From assembly GCF_006345805.1 (NCBI RefSeq), contig NC_043001.1:37634001-37698000 (forward strand): DNA of 64,000 bases. Direction: 5' to 3'. Positions 37,599-50,165 of this stretch are shown here, piece after piece (within the stretch, counting starts at the first letter, position 1; each line of letters starts with the position of its first letter). Made by a program: the position numbers and the translations under genes. The notes beneath the pieces are model-generated. The model was given only the letters and a program-made list of their open reading frames with translations. It ran no database searches and had not been told where the DNA came from. This stretch comes from Octopus sinensis. Taxonomy: Eukaryota.

Positions 37599-39221
37599 GG
37601 TGAAGTCCCCACACTTCACCCTGAAAGACCACAAAGACCATTTCGAAAATAAACCGTCGGTCCGACTGATTAACCCAACCAAGTCTGACATTGGATCTGT
37701 CAGCAAGAAGATCCTGGACAGGATTTTACCGAAAATGCGTGAAGCTTCACCCCTTCCACTCTGGAATAAGACTCCGAGGCAATAACCTGGTTCCGGGATT
37801 TACCTGACAAAAGCAACACCCGATTCCTACAACTGGATATCGAGGATTACTACGCCTCCATATCGGAGAGCTTGCTGATCGACGCGATTAACTTCGCCAG
37901 GAGGTCCTCCACCATCACCGAGGCTGAGCAAGATGTGATCCTCCACGCACGTAAGACTTTTCTTTTCCACGACGGATCCCACTGGATCAACAAAAAATCT
38001 GTGACCCCCTTCGACGTCAGCATGGGTGCTAGCGACTTGGCTGAAATAAGTGACCTAGTGGGCCTTTTCATCCTCCATAGGCTAAAAACCCTATTCACAG
38101 GCCTCTCCGGTGGTCTTTACCACGATGACGGCCTTTTCGCCCTCCACAAAATAAACCCCAGGACCACGGATGGGTTCCGGAAAAATCTTTACACCTTCTT
38201 TAAAAACTTAGGCCTTAAGATTACCTTAGAATCCAACTTAACCAAAGCTAACTTCCTTGACGTCACCCTCGACTTAAAAACCTCACTTTATTACCTGTAC
38301 CACAAACCAAATGAATCCCTTAGATATATAGACATTAATTCCAACCACCCCAAAAATATATTAGATAACCTAGTAAAAAGTGTCTCAATTAGAATTTCTA
38401 GCCTGTCCGCCACGGAAGACATCTTTAAGGCCGCAGCCCCCTATTACAACGAGGCCCTGGCCCGCAGTGGCTTTAAAGATAGGATTACCTATACTAGTAT
38501 AGCCCCACGCCAACCCAGGAAAAATAGACGAAGACACATTAGCTGGTACAACCCCCCCTTCAACCGTGAGGTCGCTACACCTGTAGCTAAAATCTTCTTC
38601 ACTCTCCTACAGAAACACTTCCCCACCCAACATAAGTACTACACTATCCTAAATAAGAACACTATTAGACTCTCCTACTCTACCACGCCCAATCTAGCCA
38701 GGAACCTAGCCAACAACAATGTGAAAAAACTTAATATATCTACTTTTTCTGAGGCCCATCCAACGTCCGCTAGCAATTGCAACTGCCCTGATAAAACCAC
38801 CTGCCCCCTCAACAACAACTGCCTACAGAGGGACCTAGTATATACATGCGAGGTAAGATCAGGCCCTGATGATAAAAGAAAATCCTACATCGGAATGACG
38901 TCAAACAGCTTTAAGACCCATTGGTACGCCCACACACACTCGTTCCGGCGACCGGATAAATCCAACCAAACTACCCTCGCCGCCCACATCTGGTACCTTA
39001 AAAGGAACTCCATCCCCTTCAAGACCAAGTGGAAACTACTACAGAAGGCGCATTCATACACAGGAGGCCATACCTGCTGTGACCTTTGCATTTCGGAGAG
39101 CCTAGAGATCTTGTTCGCCAAAGGCCCTCTCCTTAACAAGATCTCAGAACACTCCCCAAATTGCATGCATAAGAATTATGCAAACTACAAGAACTATAGA
39201 CCTACCCGGCAACCAGATTGA
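37594..39221 (+). mobile_element. 5'-truncated Naiad-type Penelope-like element, RT plus GIY-YIG ORF, one frameshift near 37771
   Basis: PHFTLKDHK, RLINPTKS, W..TSEAITWF..FLQLDIEDYYASI, MGASDLAEISDLVG, GLYHDDG (YRDD variant), NFLDVTLDL, NHP, WYNPPF, CNCPDKTTCPLNNNC (CxCx5Cx5C), LVY..SYIG, H..H..CDLC. Confidence 0.93.
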
Positions 39222-39299
39222 TGACATCCCACCCACAAACCCCCCCAATCCCACCGTACCCCTAGCACCCCCGATTACCTTTTCTCCTAAGACCTTTCA

Positions 39300-39756
39300 C
39301 ATATTGTATGTGTACGCTTGTGTATATGTGTATCGTATATATGTATAGAAATGTATGGGTATAGTAGGAATATACGCATGTATTATGTGTGTGTGTGTGT
39401 GTATGTATGTAAAAAAATATATAAAAATAAAAAAATATATATATATGTATGTGTGTGTGTGTGTATATATGTATATATGTGTGTATGCATATGTATGTGT
39501 ATATGTATGTGTGTATATATGTGTATGTATATATAAAATATTATATAATTAGGGTTTAGTAAAATAAATTACTTTGCCACATACTGAACTTTCTAGAAAT
39601 AGCAGCCAAATAAGTTTTTTAGCCATTTCCACTACCTAAAGAAAATTCTCTCAGACAATGTTTACTCAAATATAATGGTCCTTTTACATACTGAATACTT
39701 GGTGAAATTGATTAATAACTAATAACTTTACCCTCAATTGTTGATATATATATATA

Positions 39757-39806
<50 letters not shown>

Positions 39807-39876
39807 GATATATATATATATATGTATGTGTATGTGTGTGTGTGTGGTGTATATATATGTGTATATATATATATAT

Positions 39877-39915
<39 letters not shown>

Positions 39916-40326
39916 GTATATATATTATATATATATATATAAGTGTACGTGAGTATGTCGATGTATATGTAGGTATGTAGAGTTATGTGTATGTGCATGT
40001 ATGTGTGTGTATATACAGATTGTAGATGGGTATATATATATGTGTATATATATGTATATATGTATATGTATATGTATGTGTGTGTGTATATATATATGTA
40101 TGTATATGTAGGTATGTAGAGTTATACGTATGCGCATGTGTATATATATGTATATATATATATGTATGTGTATGTGTATGTATGTATATATATGTGTGTG
40201 CGTGAGTATGTGTGTATATGTATGTATATATGTATATATATGTGTGTATGTGTGGGTATATATATATATATATATGTGTGTATGTATGTGTGTATATGTA
40301 TATATATGTGAATATGTGTGTGTATA

Positions 40327-40375
<49 letters not shown>

Positions 40376-40699
40376 ATATATATGTGTGTGTAGGTGTGTG
40401 TATATATGTATGTGTAAGTGTGTGTGTGTGTATGAGTATGTATGTATGTATGCACCCATGTGTGTATATATATATATATATATGTATATGTATATGTGTG
40501 TATGTATATGTATGTGTGTGTGTGTATATATTATATCTGTGTGTGTGTATGTGTGTATGTGTATATGTGTATGTTATATATATATATATATATATAATAT
40601 AAGATATATGTATATATATATCTATGTATATATATGTATTATATATATATGTGTGTGTAGTGTATGTGTGTGTATGTATATGTATGTATATTATATATA

Positions 40700-40735
<36 letters not shown>

Positions 40736-40861
40736 ATGTATATGTATGTGTATGTGTGTTGTGTATTGTGTATATGTACATATACGTGTACGCTCGTGTG
40801 TTTATGTATATGTAGGTACGTAGAGTATGTATGTGTGTATGTATATGTACATATGTGTAAG

Positions 40862-40924
<63 letters not shown>

Positions 40925-41476
40925 TATGTGTGTGTGTGTAAGTTTATATGTATGTATCCGCCTGTATAATAGGTAACTGCACGTATATATACTTAATATT
41001 TATTATTTATTTTTCGAGTGTGCATGTATGTATATGAATAACTGCACGTACATATATTTTATTATTTATTTTTTGAGTATGCATGTAAGTATATGAACAT
41101 AAGGAGGCGCGTGTGTGTGTGTATGTGTAAGCATATGTATAGATATATGTATACTTTTACGCATGTGTGTACTTATGTGTATATATGGATGCGCGCGCGT
41201 GTGTGTGTGCGTATGGGTACGCATGTATATGTGTATGTGTGTGTATGTGTATATGTGTATGTATGTGTGTGTGTATATATGTATATGTATGTATGTACAT
41301 GTATGTATGTGTATATAATATATATATATATATATGAATATATATATGTGTATGTGTATATGTATGCATATGTATGTGTATGTATGCACGTATATGTATG
41401 TATATGTATATGTGTGGGTGTGTGTATGTGTATATATGTATGTATGTATGGGTGTATGTATGTATGTATATATACG

Positions 41477-41518
<42 letters not shown>

Positions 41519-41923
41519 TTGTATGTAGGTGTATATGTATGTGTGTATATATATTTATTGGTGTATATGTATGGACTAGTCTTCTAAGCGTGTAGACATG
41601 AATCTGTAGGTACGCGTACGTATGTGTATATATGTGAATGTATGTAGATGTATGTATGTATGAATATAACGCGTGCGTGCGTGTATGTGTATGAGTGTAC
41701 GAATGAGTGAGTGTGCGTGCTAATGAGTGTGCGTGCGTGAGTGAGTGCTTGTGTTCAAGTAGAAAGATAAATGGACTTGCTGTCGTAGCCAAGATGCTTG
41801 TGACCAGCGGTCAAAGATAACAAAAGTAATAAATGAAGATAATAAAATTAAAATTAGGGAATGGGTTGTATTTGTATGTATATGTGTGTATGTGTAGTAT
41901 ATGTATAGGTACACATATGTATA

Positions 41924-41968
<45 letters not shown>

Positions 41969-42141
41969 TATGATATATGTGTATATAGGGACTTGTGTGT
42001 GCATGTGTGTATGTGGATATGTGTGTGTATGTGTGTATGTGTATGTGTGTGTATGTATATATTTTTGTGTGTATATGTATGTGTGGTCGTGTGTGTATAT
42101 ATACATGTGTGTGTGTATATGTATATGCATATATATGTATA

Positions 42142-42190
<49 letters not shown>

Positions 42191-42305
42191 ATGTATGTAT
42201 GTATATATATGTATGTATATGTATATGTGTGTGTGTATGTATGTGTGTATGTACATGTGTATATGTGTGTGTGTGTATATATATACATATGTGTATATGT
42301 ATAAG
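39300..42305. repeat. about 3-kb compound (TA)/(TG)/(TATG) microsatellite field with short unique islands
   Basis: Directly visible; source of the many Y/I/V/C/H/T-rich ORFs. Confidence 0.95.
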
Positions 42306-42514
42306 TGAGAATCTCCTTATTTACCTAAAACTCTATTCTTCTATATATTTTTTTTTTATTCTTTTATTTATTCTTTTATCTAATTTACCACTGACTCCTT
42401 GACCACTCCCCCAAGTATGATATTTTTGCGCTATGCCTACCCCCAAAAAGTCTCCCACCACCACCCCTTTAAACCTGCCTAAATGTATAAATGCCAATAC
42501 AATTCTTGTTAACT

Positions 42515-42565
42515 AGCTTCCTGATGATTTCTCTTGAATGAAACAGTTCTAGTCCTGTAGAAGCT
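42515..42565 (+). ncRNA. type I hammerhead ribozyme with intact catalytic core
   Basis: AGCTTC-CTGATGA-TTTCTCTTGAAT-GAAA-CAGTTCTAGTCCTG-TA-GAAGCT: 6-bp stem I, 3-bp stem II after a T.T mismatch, 4-bp stem III, GUA cleavage site. Confidence 0.82.
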
Positions 42566-42648
42566 CCTTCTATATAATAAATTAATTTTACTCTGCTATG
42601 TATTGAGTACCTTATTTACTGTGGTTAACCCCGAATCAACCCGGGACC

Positions 42649-42686
<38 letters not shown>

Positions 42687-43623
42687 TATATGGGTACAGG
42701 ACGTCACTAGCTGTGTAAACAATAAGAAATACGTAGACAAATGAGTTAAATATGTAAACGAGAGAAAAAAATGGAAAACAGGACAAGTAAACACAGAGAA
42801 ACGACCCTTCATCAGTTGTCAGCTGTCTATCTACTCCTCATTTTGAGCATTCAATGACAATATGAGTCTTCAAAGACAGATGCTCTCATAAATTCTAAAA
42901 TAAAATTTAGGATTTATGGAAGGTCAAAGTTGGGAACAAAACAAGGACAGTGGAGACGTACAAGGAAACTGAACAAAAACAAACATGGAGGGTTGTTAGA
43001 CCAGAACAAGAGGAAATTAGTGAATGCTGGGAGAAATATTCAGGAGTGTAATAGGTACTTTTATGTGCCACCAGCATGGGTGCCATTTACATGACACCAG
43101 CAATGAACATGACTATGATTCACGGGTAAGTGTCATTTACATGACCCCGGCAGTGACCCTGATGATGCATGGTACTGGCAATAACTACAACCAGTGACCA
43201 TGATTTTGTTGCAGAAACTGGTCATGCTTTCTTCCATCAGACATTCAACCATAAAGTAGGGTACAGAATTTGTTTTATGTAATATATATAATGAACCTTT
43301 TGTATACAGTGCTCAGGTGCACTACAACTGCTCAGGTAAACAGATAGACAAAATAGAACAGGTAGAGCTATGTAACTTGCTCAAGAGCACAACATAATGG
43401 CAAACTTCAAACTGTTTTAAATCCATTTTCTATGCTAACATGGATAAGATGGTTCACCAAAAATTAAATATTTGCATAGTATTGAGGGTAACTGTTTTTC
43501 TTACTATTAATCACATGAATGAGGAAATCAGATTAGGAAAAACAGAACTGCAGTCCTTGAGTACAGTAACAAAAATAGTACATTTTGAGCTCTTGACCAT
43601 GTATAAACTTCACAGACATCAAA

Positions 43624-44000
43624 GGCACAGGAGTGGCTGTGTGGTACCTTGGGCAAGTGTCTTCTACTATAGCCTTGGGCTGACCAAAGACTTGTGAGTG
43701 GATTTGGTAGACAGAAACTGAAAGAAGCCCGTCGTATTAATGTATATGTGTGTATATATATATATGTATGTATATGTGTGTGTTTGTGTGTCTGTGTTTG
43801 TCCCTCCCCACCACATTGCTTGATAACTGATGCTGGTGTGTTTACGTCCCTGTAACTTAGCGGTTCGGCAAAAGAGACCGATAGAATAAATACTAGGCTT
43901 ACAAAGAATAAGTCTTGGTCGATTTGCTTGACTAAAGGCGGTGTTCCAGCCTTTATATATAGATATATATAAATGACTGAAACAAGTAAAAGAGTAAAAG
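43624..44000 (+). mobile_element. SINE family A with head deletion
   Basis: Head, core, microsatellite and tail ending AAGTAAAAGAGTAAAAG. Confidence 0.85.
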
Positions 44001-44039
44001 GTCAATATTTTTGGACTGATATTCAAGATCTTGAATCTA

Positions 44040-44380
44040 AAGCATCTGTCCATCTATCTTCTTCACTTACTATTCCTGAGGCAGAGTCCTCATGTACCTC
44101 CTTCATAGGGTCCTATCACAAATAGCCATCATTAACTTTCTCACTGGATTCCCAAACCAGACCAACTGAAACTATGAATATTAATCTGACCATCTTGTTC
44201 ATGGTCTAATCCTAGGTCTTGTAATTCTTTCTCTTGACATGTCCATAGTATGAGAGCTGCGCCGTCTCAATGCAGAGAAGTAGCAGCTTGACCTGAAGAG
44301 ACTCCCTGATCTCTGAGCTATTCACCCTATTGAGTAATGTTCTCCAGAGATCCTTTGGAGGAAGCCAATTTCAGCCACTT
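44040..44380 (-). mobile_element. RTE-type LINE 3' fragment
   Basis: Minus strand with shifts: EIGFLQRISG..NRVNSSEIRESLQVKLLLL.IE..QL.YYGHV..NIHSFSWSGLGIQ. Confidence 0.65.
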
Positions 44381-44693
44381 GTTTTTGCTAGTATCTAAAC
44401 TGGGAATTTTCATTTTAAAACAGTATACTAATCAAGATGATTTCTCTGATTGTCTGACAAACATAAGAATAAATTATGGAGATGTACTTGTATAGCGAGT
44501 GACTTCATCTGAGATAGTGTGCTGGAACAAAACAATTGCAGCGTGGAAGGTGTTTATAAGCCATTTAAGAAACACACAAAACCGTTAGATTCACTTCAAC
44601 ATTTAAATTTAGTTTGTCAAAATATTTTCGTCGCTTTGATACTGCGACCTGTTCACTGACAAAAAAAAAAGAATAAATGGTATAAATAAAATA

Positions 44694-44993
44694 GGTGGAG
44701 GCGCAATAGCCTAGTGGTTAGGGCAGCGGACTCGCGGTCGTAGGATCGCGGTTTCGATTCCCAGACCGGGCGTTGTGAGTGTTTATTGAGCGAAAACACC
44801 TAAAAAGCTCCATGAGGCTCCGGCAGGGGGTGGTGATCCCTGCTGTACTCTTTCACCACTCTTTCTTCTGTTGGCCTGCTCGCTTAGCCAGCGGGGTGGC
44901 ATCATTCGAAGGCTAAAACAATGCGAATGCATTGTGACCAGCGATGTGTAACTACATCTGATGGACTGGTCGGTCACGTGATGACGTGATGAT
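44694..44993 (+). mobile_element. tRNA-derived SINE, family D (possibly an octopus OR-type family; name not verified)
   Basis: GGAGGCGCAATAGCCTAGTGGTTAGGGCAGCGGACTCGCGGTCGTAGGATCGCGGTTTCGATTCCC A/B-box head continuing into a non-tRNA body ending (GTGAT)n. Confidence 0.85.
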
Positions 44994-45303
44994 GGTGAAA
45001 TAAAATAGACTGTGTGGGGTTGGGTAAGTGTATATGCATGTAAGCCCCCTATTCAATAAAAAATAAAACTTGTACCCAAGTGAAACTTGACAATAGACAC
45101 ACAGGTACACACACACTCACACATACATACATGCACACACACTTGCACATGCACACGCACACACACACACACACATTAACCTGCTGGATATATTTTTAAC
45201 ATCAACATACCAAGCAGAATGAAGGTATTTCATATATATTTTTTCTTTGACTTTAATTATTATTATTATTTTATTATTATTATTATTATATATGAGCAAA
45301 ACA

Positions 45304-45666
45304 CTAATGGACGGTGCTGAATTGTCAAACATTTAAACCAAATTTTCTCAAAACAACTTGTCCGACTGTCCCATAGGCCTCCCCTTTGAGAAACACTGAT
45401 TTAACCTAAATTTGAGACACCAGCAAGAGAAGAAATAAAGATAGACTTTTTTCTATTCCATGAAAAACGATTTTACAAATGCACGTTCCCACGGCTTTAT
45501 CGATCGCATTCTCACCTGGAATCGATTTTTGTAATTTTTTCAAGACTTATTCACGTCCTGATACCATCGATATCTATATATCAAATCTGAGCACAATCGG
45601 ATGGAGGAAGCCCGAGATCCTAGAAGACACACACACAGAGAGACAGAACGGATTTTATATAACAGA
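45304..45666 (-). mobile_element. probable non-autonomous Helitron-type element
   Basis: Minus strand starts A|TCTGTTATATAAAA..CTGTCTCTCTGTGTGTG..CCATCCGATTGTGCTCAGATTTG and ends ..TTAG|T (CTAG-like). Confidence 0.45.
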
Positions 45667-45671
45667 TATAA

Positions 45672-46075
45672 TAGGCGCAGGAGTGGCTGTGTGGTAAGGA
45701 GCTTGCTAACCAACCACATGGTTCCGGGTTCAGTCCCACCGCGTGGCATCTTGGGCAAGTGTCTTCTGCTATAGCCTCGGGCCGACCAATGCCTTGTGAG
45801 TGGATTTGGTAGACGGAAACTGAAAGAAGCCTGTCGTATATATGTATATATATATGTGTGTGTATGTGTATGTGTTTGTGTGTATGTGTTTGTCCCCCTA
45901 GCATTGCTTGACAACCGATGCTGGTGTGTTTACGTCCCCGTCACTTAGCGGTTCGGCAAAAGAGACTGATAGAATAAGTACTGGGCTTACAAAGAATAAG
46001 TCCCGGGGTTGAGTTGCTCGACTAAGGCGGTGCTCCAGCATGGCCGCAGTCAACTGACTGAAACAAGTAAAAGAA
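45672..46075 (+). mobile_element. SINE family A, full length, young
   Basis: Near-identical to 36561-36959. Confidence 0.92.
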
Positions 46076-46135
46076 TATTATTTCCATTTTTACCCAAATA
46101 ACACTACACTCTGACTGCCAGTGTCTCCTAAAGTC

Positions 46136-46475
46136 AAGTGCATAGCTCAGTGGATAGAGTGTCAGGCTAGCAATCACAAGGTAGTGAGTTTGATTCTTGG
46201 ACCAGGCTGTGAGTTGAGTTCCTGAGCAAAGCACTTTATTTCATGTTACTCCAGTTCACTCAGCTTTAGAAATGAGTTGCAATGTCACTGGTGCCAAGCT
46301 GCATCACCCTTTCCCTTCCCTTTAGATAACATTGATGGTATGGAGAGGGAAGACTGGTATGCATGGGTAACTGCTGATCTTCCATAAACAACCTTGCCTG
46401 GAGTTGTGCCGCAGAGGGTAACTTTCTGGGTGCAATCCAATGGTCATTCATGAACAAAGGGGGTTTTTACCCTTA
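46136..46475 (+). mobile_element. tRNA-headed CORE-like SINE
   Basis: TAGCTCAGTGGATAG A-box-like, GAGTTTGATTC B-box-like, CCTGAGCAAAGCACTT..CTCCAGTTCACTCAGC core. Confidence 0.7.
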
Positions 46476-47659
46476 TTACTAGTTTTATTTCAGGCAACAT
46501 TCCCTCGAAAGTTTGACACCTAGAATTATGCACACTGCCAAAAGAGCAGCAATGGATTTGAATACAAGACTTTCAAGCAGATAGTCCCAGAATATATCCC
46601 TTTGGTCCTTAACGTTTAATTTTTTAAAAAGGGCAAGTGAGGAGTTGAAATGTTCATAAATTTCCGAATATCAATAGCAACATAAGTGAAATGGTTGTAA
46701 GAAATTAGACTGTACGCTTGCAAAAACTGTAGCATCACACCAGGATGACTACCAATGCCAAAAGTAATAGACATTAGTGAGATATTTTAAAACATGAAGC
46801 AGGAAATTAAAAGAATAAACAACAGCAATTCTCCAAAGCAGAAAATCTGACATTATATTTATAGCATGAAATATTTATCAAGTATTTAAAAAGCAATAAG
46901 CTATAAATATGAGTGCATGTGTATATAAGTAGTTGAGAGAGAGAGAGAAGGTGTGTGCGTATGTGTGTGTTTTTGTTTTTCTAAAGAGACAAAAAACACT
47001 ATTAAAATAAAATATGGAGATTATATATTTAACAAGAATCAGAACATTTTAATTCCTGAATCAATAAGGGAATTATATTTAATCCTAAACAAAGAGAGGA
47101 CAGGAAGACATCCTAAAGTGTCTCCAAGCATTGATAGTTATTTTTGTAGTCTTCTTATTTTCTAAGTGGAATTTGATGATTTAGCAAAATGCAGTAGAAT
47201 GACAGAATTCTTAATAAAAATCTAAACTAAAAATATTTTTGCCAGAAATAGAGATGAAATGACGCCAATAATTTCCATCTTGGGATCTGGTAGGATTTTG
47301 CTGCAGTTTTCAAATCTATGTTGAATATTAACATTTATGGTTGAGGTTAATATTTACAAAGACAGGAACCTTGTGCCTACATTAGAAATCAACATTTACA
47401 TGCAAAACCATCGTCACAGAGGATATAGAACTGCCACAGTATAGCTCTTGAGAAAAAAACAAAGCAAAAACATTATTACCACACAATCTCTCATTTTCTT
47501 TCCTCAATAAATCTGGAAATTCATGATTATGTGAGATATAAATATTTATGAGTGGCAAGTTCACAGATATGACAGGTAACTGAACTAAATGATTTACATA
47601 ATTTGAATTCATCCAGCTGTCAGAGTCAATATTGTTTTTCATCCTTGGAAGGTTGATAA

Positions 47660-48125
47660 AAGAACTGAATCATTAAGCAGGCCCTGGCTCAGGTTAATAT
47701 CCCTTCAGTTCTGGAGCTGGTAGGATTACCCAAAAGTGATGGGAAAGGATCAGATGGTCTTATCCTTTGTCACTGGGTAAGAGGTAGGTGCCTCATCTAG
47801 GACACCACAGTCTTTGACTCCTTTGCTGCCTCCCACATTCTGGATGCTGCAGTGAATGGGCGGGTCACTGCTTCCTTACCTGAACAGAACAAAATCCTTA
47901 AGTATTGGGACTTGTCAGTGAACTATTTCTTCCAGCCTCAGACATTTGAGATGTTTGGAGGAGCTGGGCCACTAACAGCAAAATTTTTGTCATCGTTGCC
48001 AACTCACCTTACCAACGTGTCAAGTAATGCTTGTAAGGGTCTTAGTTGTTCCAAATCCTTAACCTCACCATTGCCCATGGTAATGCTGTGAGCATGTTGG
48101 CTTGCTTTGGTAGGTTCTGTTGAAG
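47660..48125 (+). mobile_element. CRE-like non-LTR retrotransposon 3' fragment (RLE domain)
   Basis: IIKQALAQVNIPSVLELVGLPKSDGKGSDGLILCHWVRGRCLI*DTTVFDSFAASH..EQNKILKY..FEMFG..; after a shift LFQILNLTIAHGNA. Confidence 0.75.
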
Positions 48126-48549
48126 TTTGTGATATGTAACCAATTAAAGCACTTACGGTTGAACTGATGTTTGTTTTCTTTCTTTTTCCTCTTTGTCTCT
48201 GTCATGTTTGTGTTTTCTTTGGTTTGGGATGTATATTTTAATGTGGTATTGTATTATATATATAACATTTGATAAAAGAATATCATATTCAATAAATTTT
48301 TTCATTTCTTATATAAAATTTGCTTAGTAAAAATAAATCTCTGAACGAGGTATAAACAGTAACCGCACGACAATGTGAGGTATACTTGCCATCTCAATAT
48401 GGCTAACCACTAAGGATGGGTGTTACTGTAGCTTGTAGCCCCAGGAGAACATCGTCTCCAGCTGGCTTTAGGCACACTTTCTGTGCCCTTATGGTATTTG
48501 CAAAGGGAGGTCACCCTTCCCTCGTCAACCTAAGTGATATGCACTTATA

Positions 48550-48771
48550 TTATATTAGTTTCAAATTTTGGCACAAGACCAGCAACTTTGAGGGAGGAGG
48601 TAAGCTAATTACATCAACCCCAGTGCTCAACTGGTCCTTATTTTATTGACCCAGACAGGATGAAAGGCAAAGATGATCTCAGCAAAATGTGAACTCAGAT
48701 GATAAAGGTGAATGAAATACCACTAAGCACTTTCCCAAGCATGCTAACAATTCTGCCAGCTCACTGCCTTG
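48550..48771 (-). mobile_element. SINE family C
   Basis: Reverse complement of the 2441-type element. Confidence 0.7.
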
Positions 48772-48924
48772 AGCTGATATTTTATTAACAACTTAAGTGT
48801 AAAGAGATTGAGGTAACAGTTTGAGATGCCCTGACAATTTAATCATCGGAGTCAGTTTCTAGAATATGTACAATGGCCCCTCCCTTCTCAAAGGAGATTA
48901 TTTTGTATTGCAAGTACCTGGTGA

Positions 48925-49200
48925 CCCTGTCAGTGCAGGTGCCACTTAAAGCACCCAGTCCACACTGTAAAGTGGTTGGCATTTGGAAGGGCATCCAACT
49001 GTAAAAACCTTTCCAAAACTGACCTCGCCTGTGCTTGTGCCATGTAAAAAGTAGTAAGTCCATTCTTCTGAGTGGTGGGTATTAGGTAGGGCATCCAGAT
49101 ATAAAAACCTGCTAAAACAGTTGCAGAAGTTTGGTGCAGGCTTCTGTCAAACTGTCCTACCCATGCCAGCATGGAAAGCAAACATTAAATGATGATGATG
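48925..49200 (+). mobile_element. SINE family B, degraded
   Basis: Two GGAAGGGCATCCA-like modules, then ACCCATGCCAGCATGGAAAG..(GAT)n. Confidence 0.7.
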
Positions 49201-49898
49201 ATTTACTCACAAAACGGTTAAAAAGAAATATATAATTCCTATTATAATATAGTACATTCAAGACATGGTCCAAGACAAATACTATGAGATTTAAAGCAAG
49301 AACTATGTGTAAACGAATTCGGGTTGGTTGGTTCTCTTAAAGGGTCATTTCGTTGTATTTGCTGAAGTTCGGTTTTGATTGGTCTGGAGTTAGGTGACAT
49401 CAGCAACTGGTGTTTGTAAAATTTCATTGGATTTGAAAGCATCTAAGGAAAGAGGATCAGAGAAACTGTAAACTAAATTCCCTTATTTTTTACTATTTTC
49501 ATTTCTCCCTTGTTGTTTTCCCTCTTAACTCAGTATGACTTGTCGATCACCAATAACATTAATAAACTTGGTACATTCAAACAAATTGATATACAGTTTT
49601 AATATTATTGACTGCTATGAACATTCAAACTTGCACCTGTCCTCCTAATTCATAATGCTAAAGGTATCTGTTTTGAACATGTTAATTTGTCAACATCGAA
49701 ACATCTTAATTTTCCAACATTGAAACTTTTAAAGATGTTTTTCTAATTCATAATTTTAAACTTTTACCATTTATAAAAAAAACAAACAAAACATATTGTT
49801 GAAACTAGTTTGGTATATATGTAAATAAATGTGTTTTAAACAATTACGTGTTTTTGAAATTTAGGTGCATTTTCAACAACACATTTCCCTATATATAT

Positions 49899-50165
49899 AT
49901 CATCATCATCATCATCATCATCATCGTTTAGCGTCCGCTTTCCATGCTGGTATGGGTTGGACGGTGCAACTGGGGTCTGGGAGGTCAGAAGGCTGCACCA
50001 GGCGCAGTCTGATCTGGCAGTGTTTCTACGGCTGGATACCCTTCCTAACGCCAACCACTCCGTGAGTGTAGTGGGTGCTTTTTACGTGCCAGACGGGGCT
50101 GGCAAACGGCCATGATTGGATGGTGCTTTTTACGTGCCACCGGCACGGGGGGCCAGGCGAGGCTG
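49899..50165 (-). mobile_element. SINE family B
   Basis: (CAT)n CGTTTAGCGTCCGC..; matches 8014 and 59266. Confidence 0.85.

Noticed and set aside
39219-39300. Tandem TGA TGA at the end of the Naiad ORF as possible selenocysteine readthrough (some Naiads encode selenoproteins)
   Set aside because: All conserved Cys positions are normal Cys codons and the TGAs fall after the expected C-terminus; no SECIS recognised.
39318-42402. Many long overlapping ORFs (YI/VC/HT-rich), also at 8.4-9.0, 12.5-13.4, 21.6-22.9 and 26-27.6 kb
   Set aside because: They are translations of TA/TG/TATG microsatellites, which lack stop codons; not genes.
42780-42880. CTGATGA and TTGAAGA boxes on the minus strand as a hammerhead
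   Set aside because: No correctly placed GAAA with paired stems II and III.
44694-44775. tRNA-like sequence as a real tRNA gene
   Set aside because: The anticodon arm and acceptor stem do not form properly, it continues into a repeat body, and a second copy with the same body lies at 21951-22259; it is a SINE head.
46500-46790. Minus-strand protein-like frames joinable by one A-run frameshift
   Set aside because: No recognisable domain and no clear splice sites; chance cannot be excluded.
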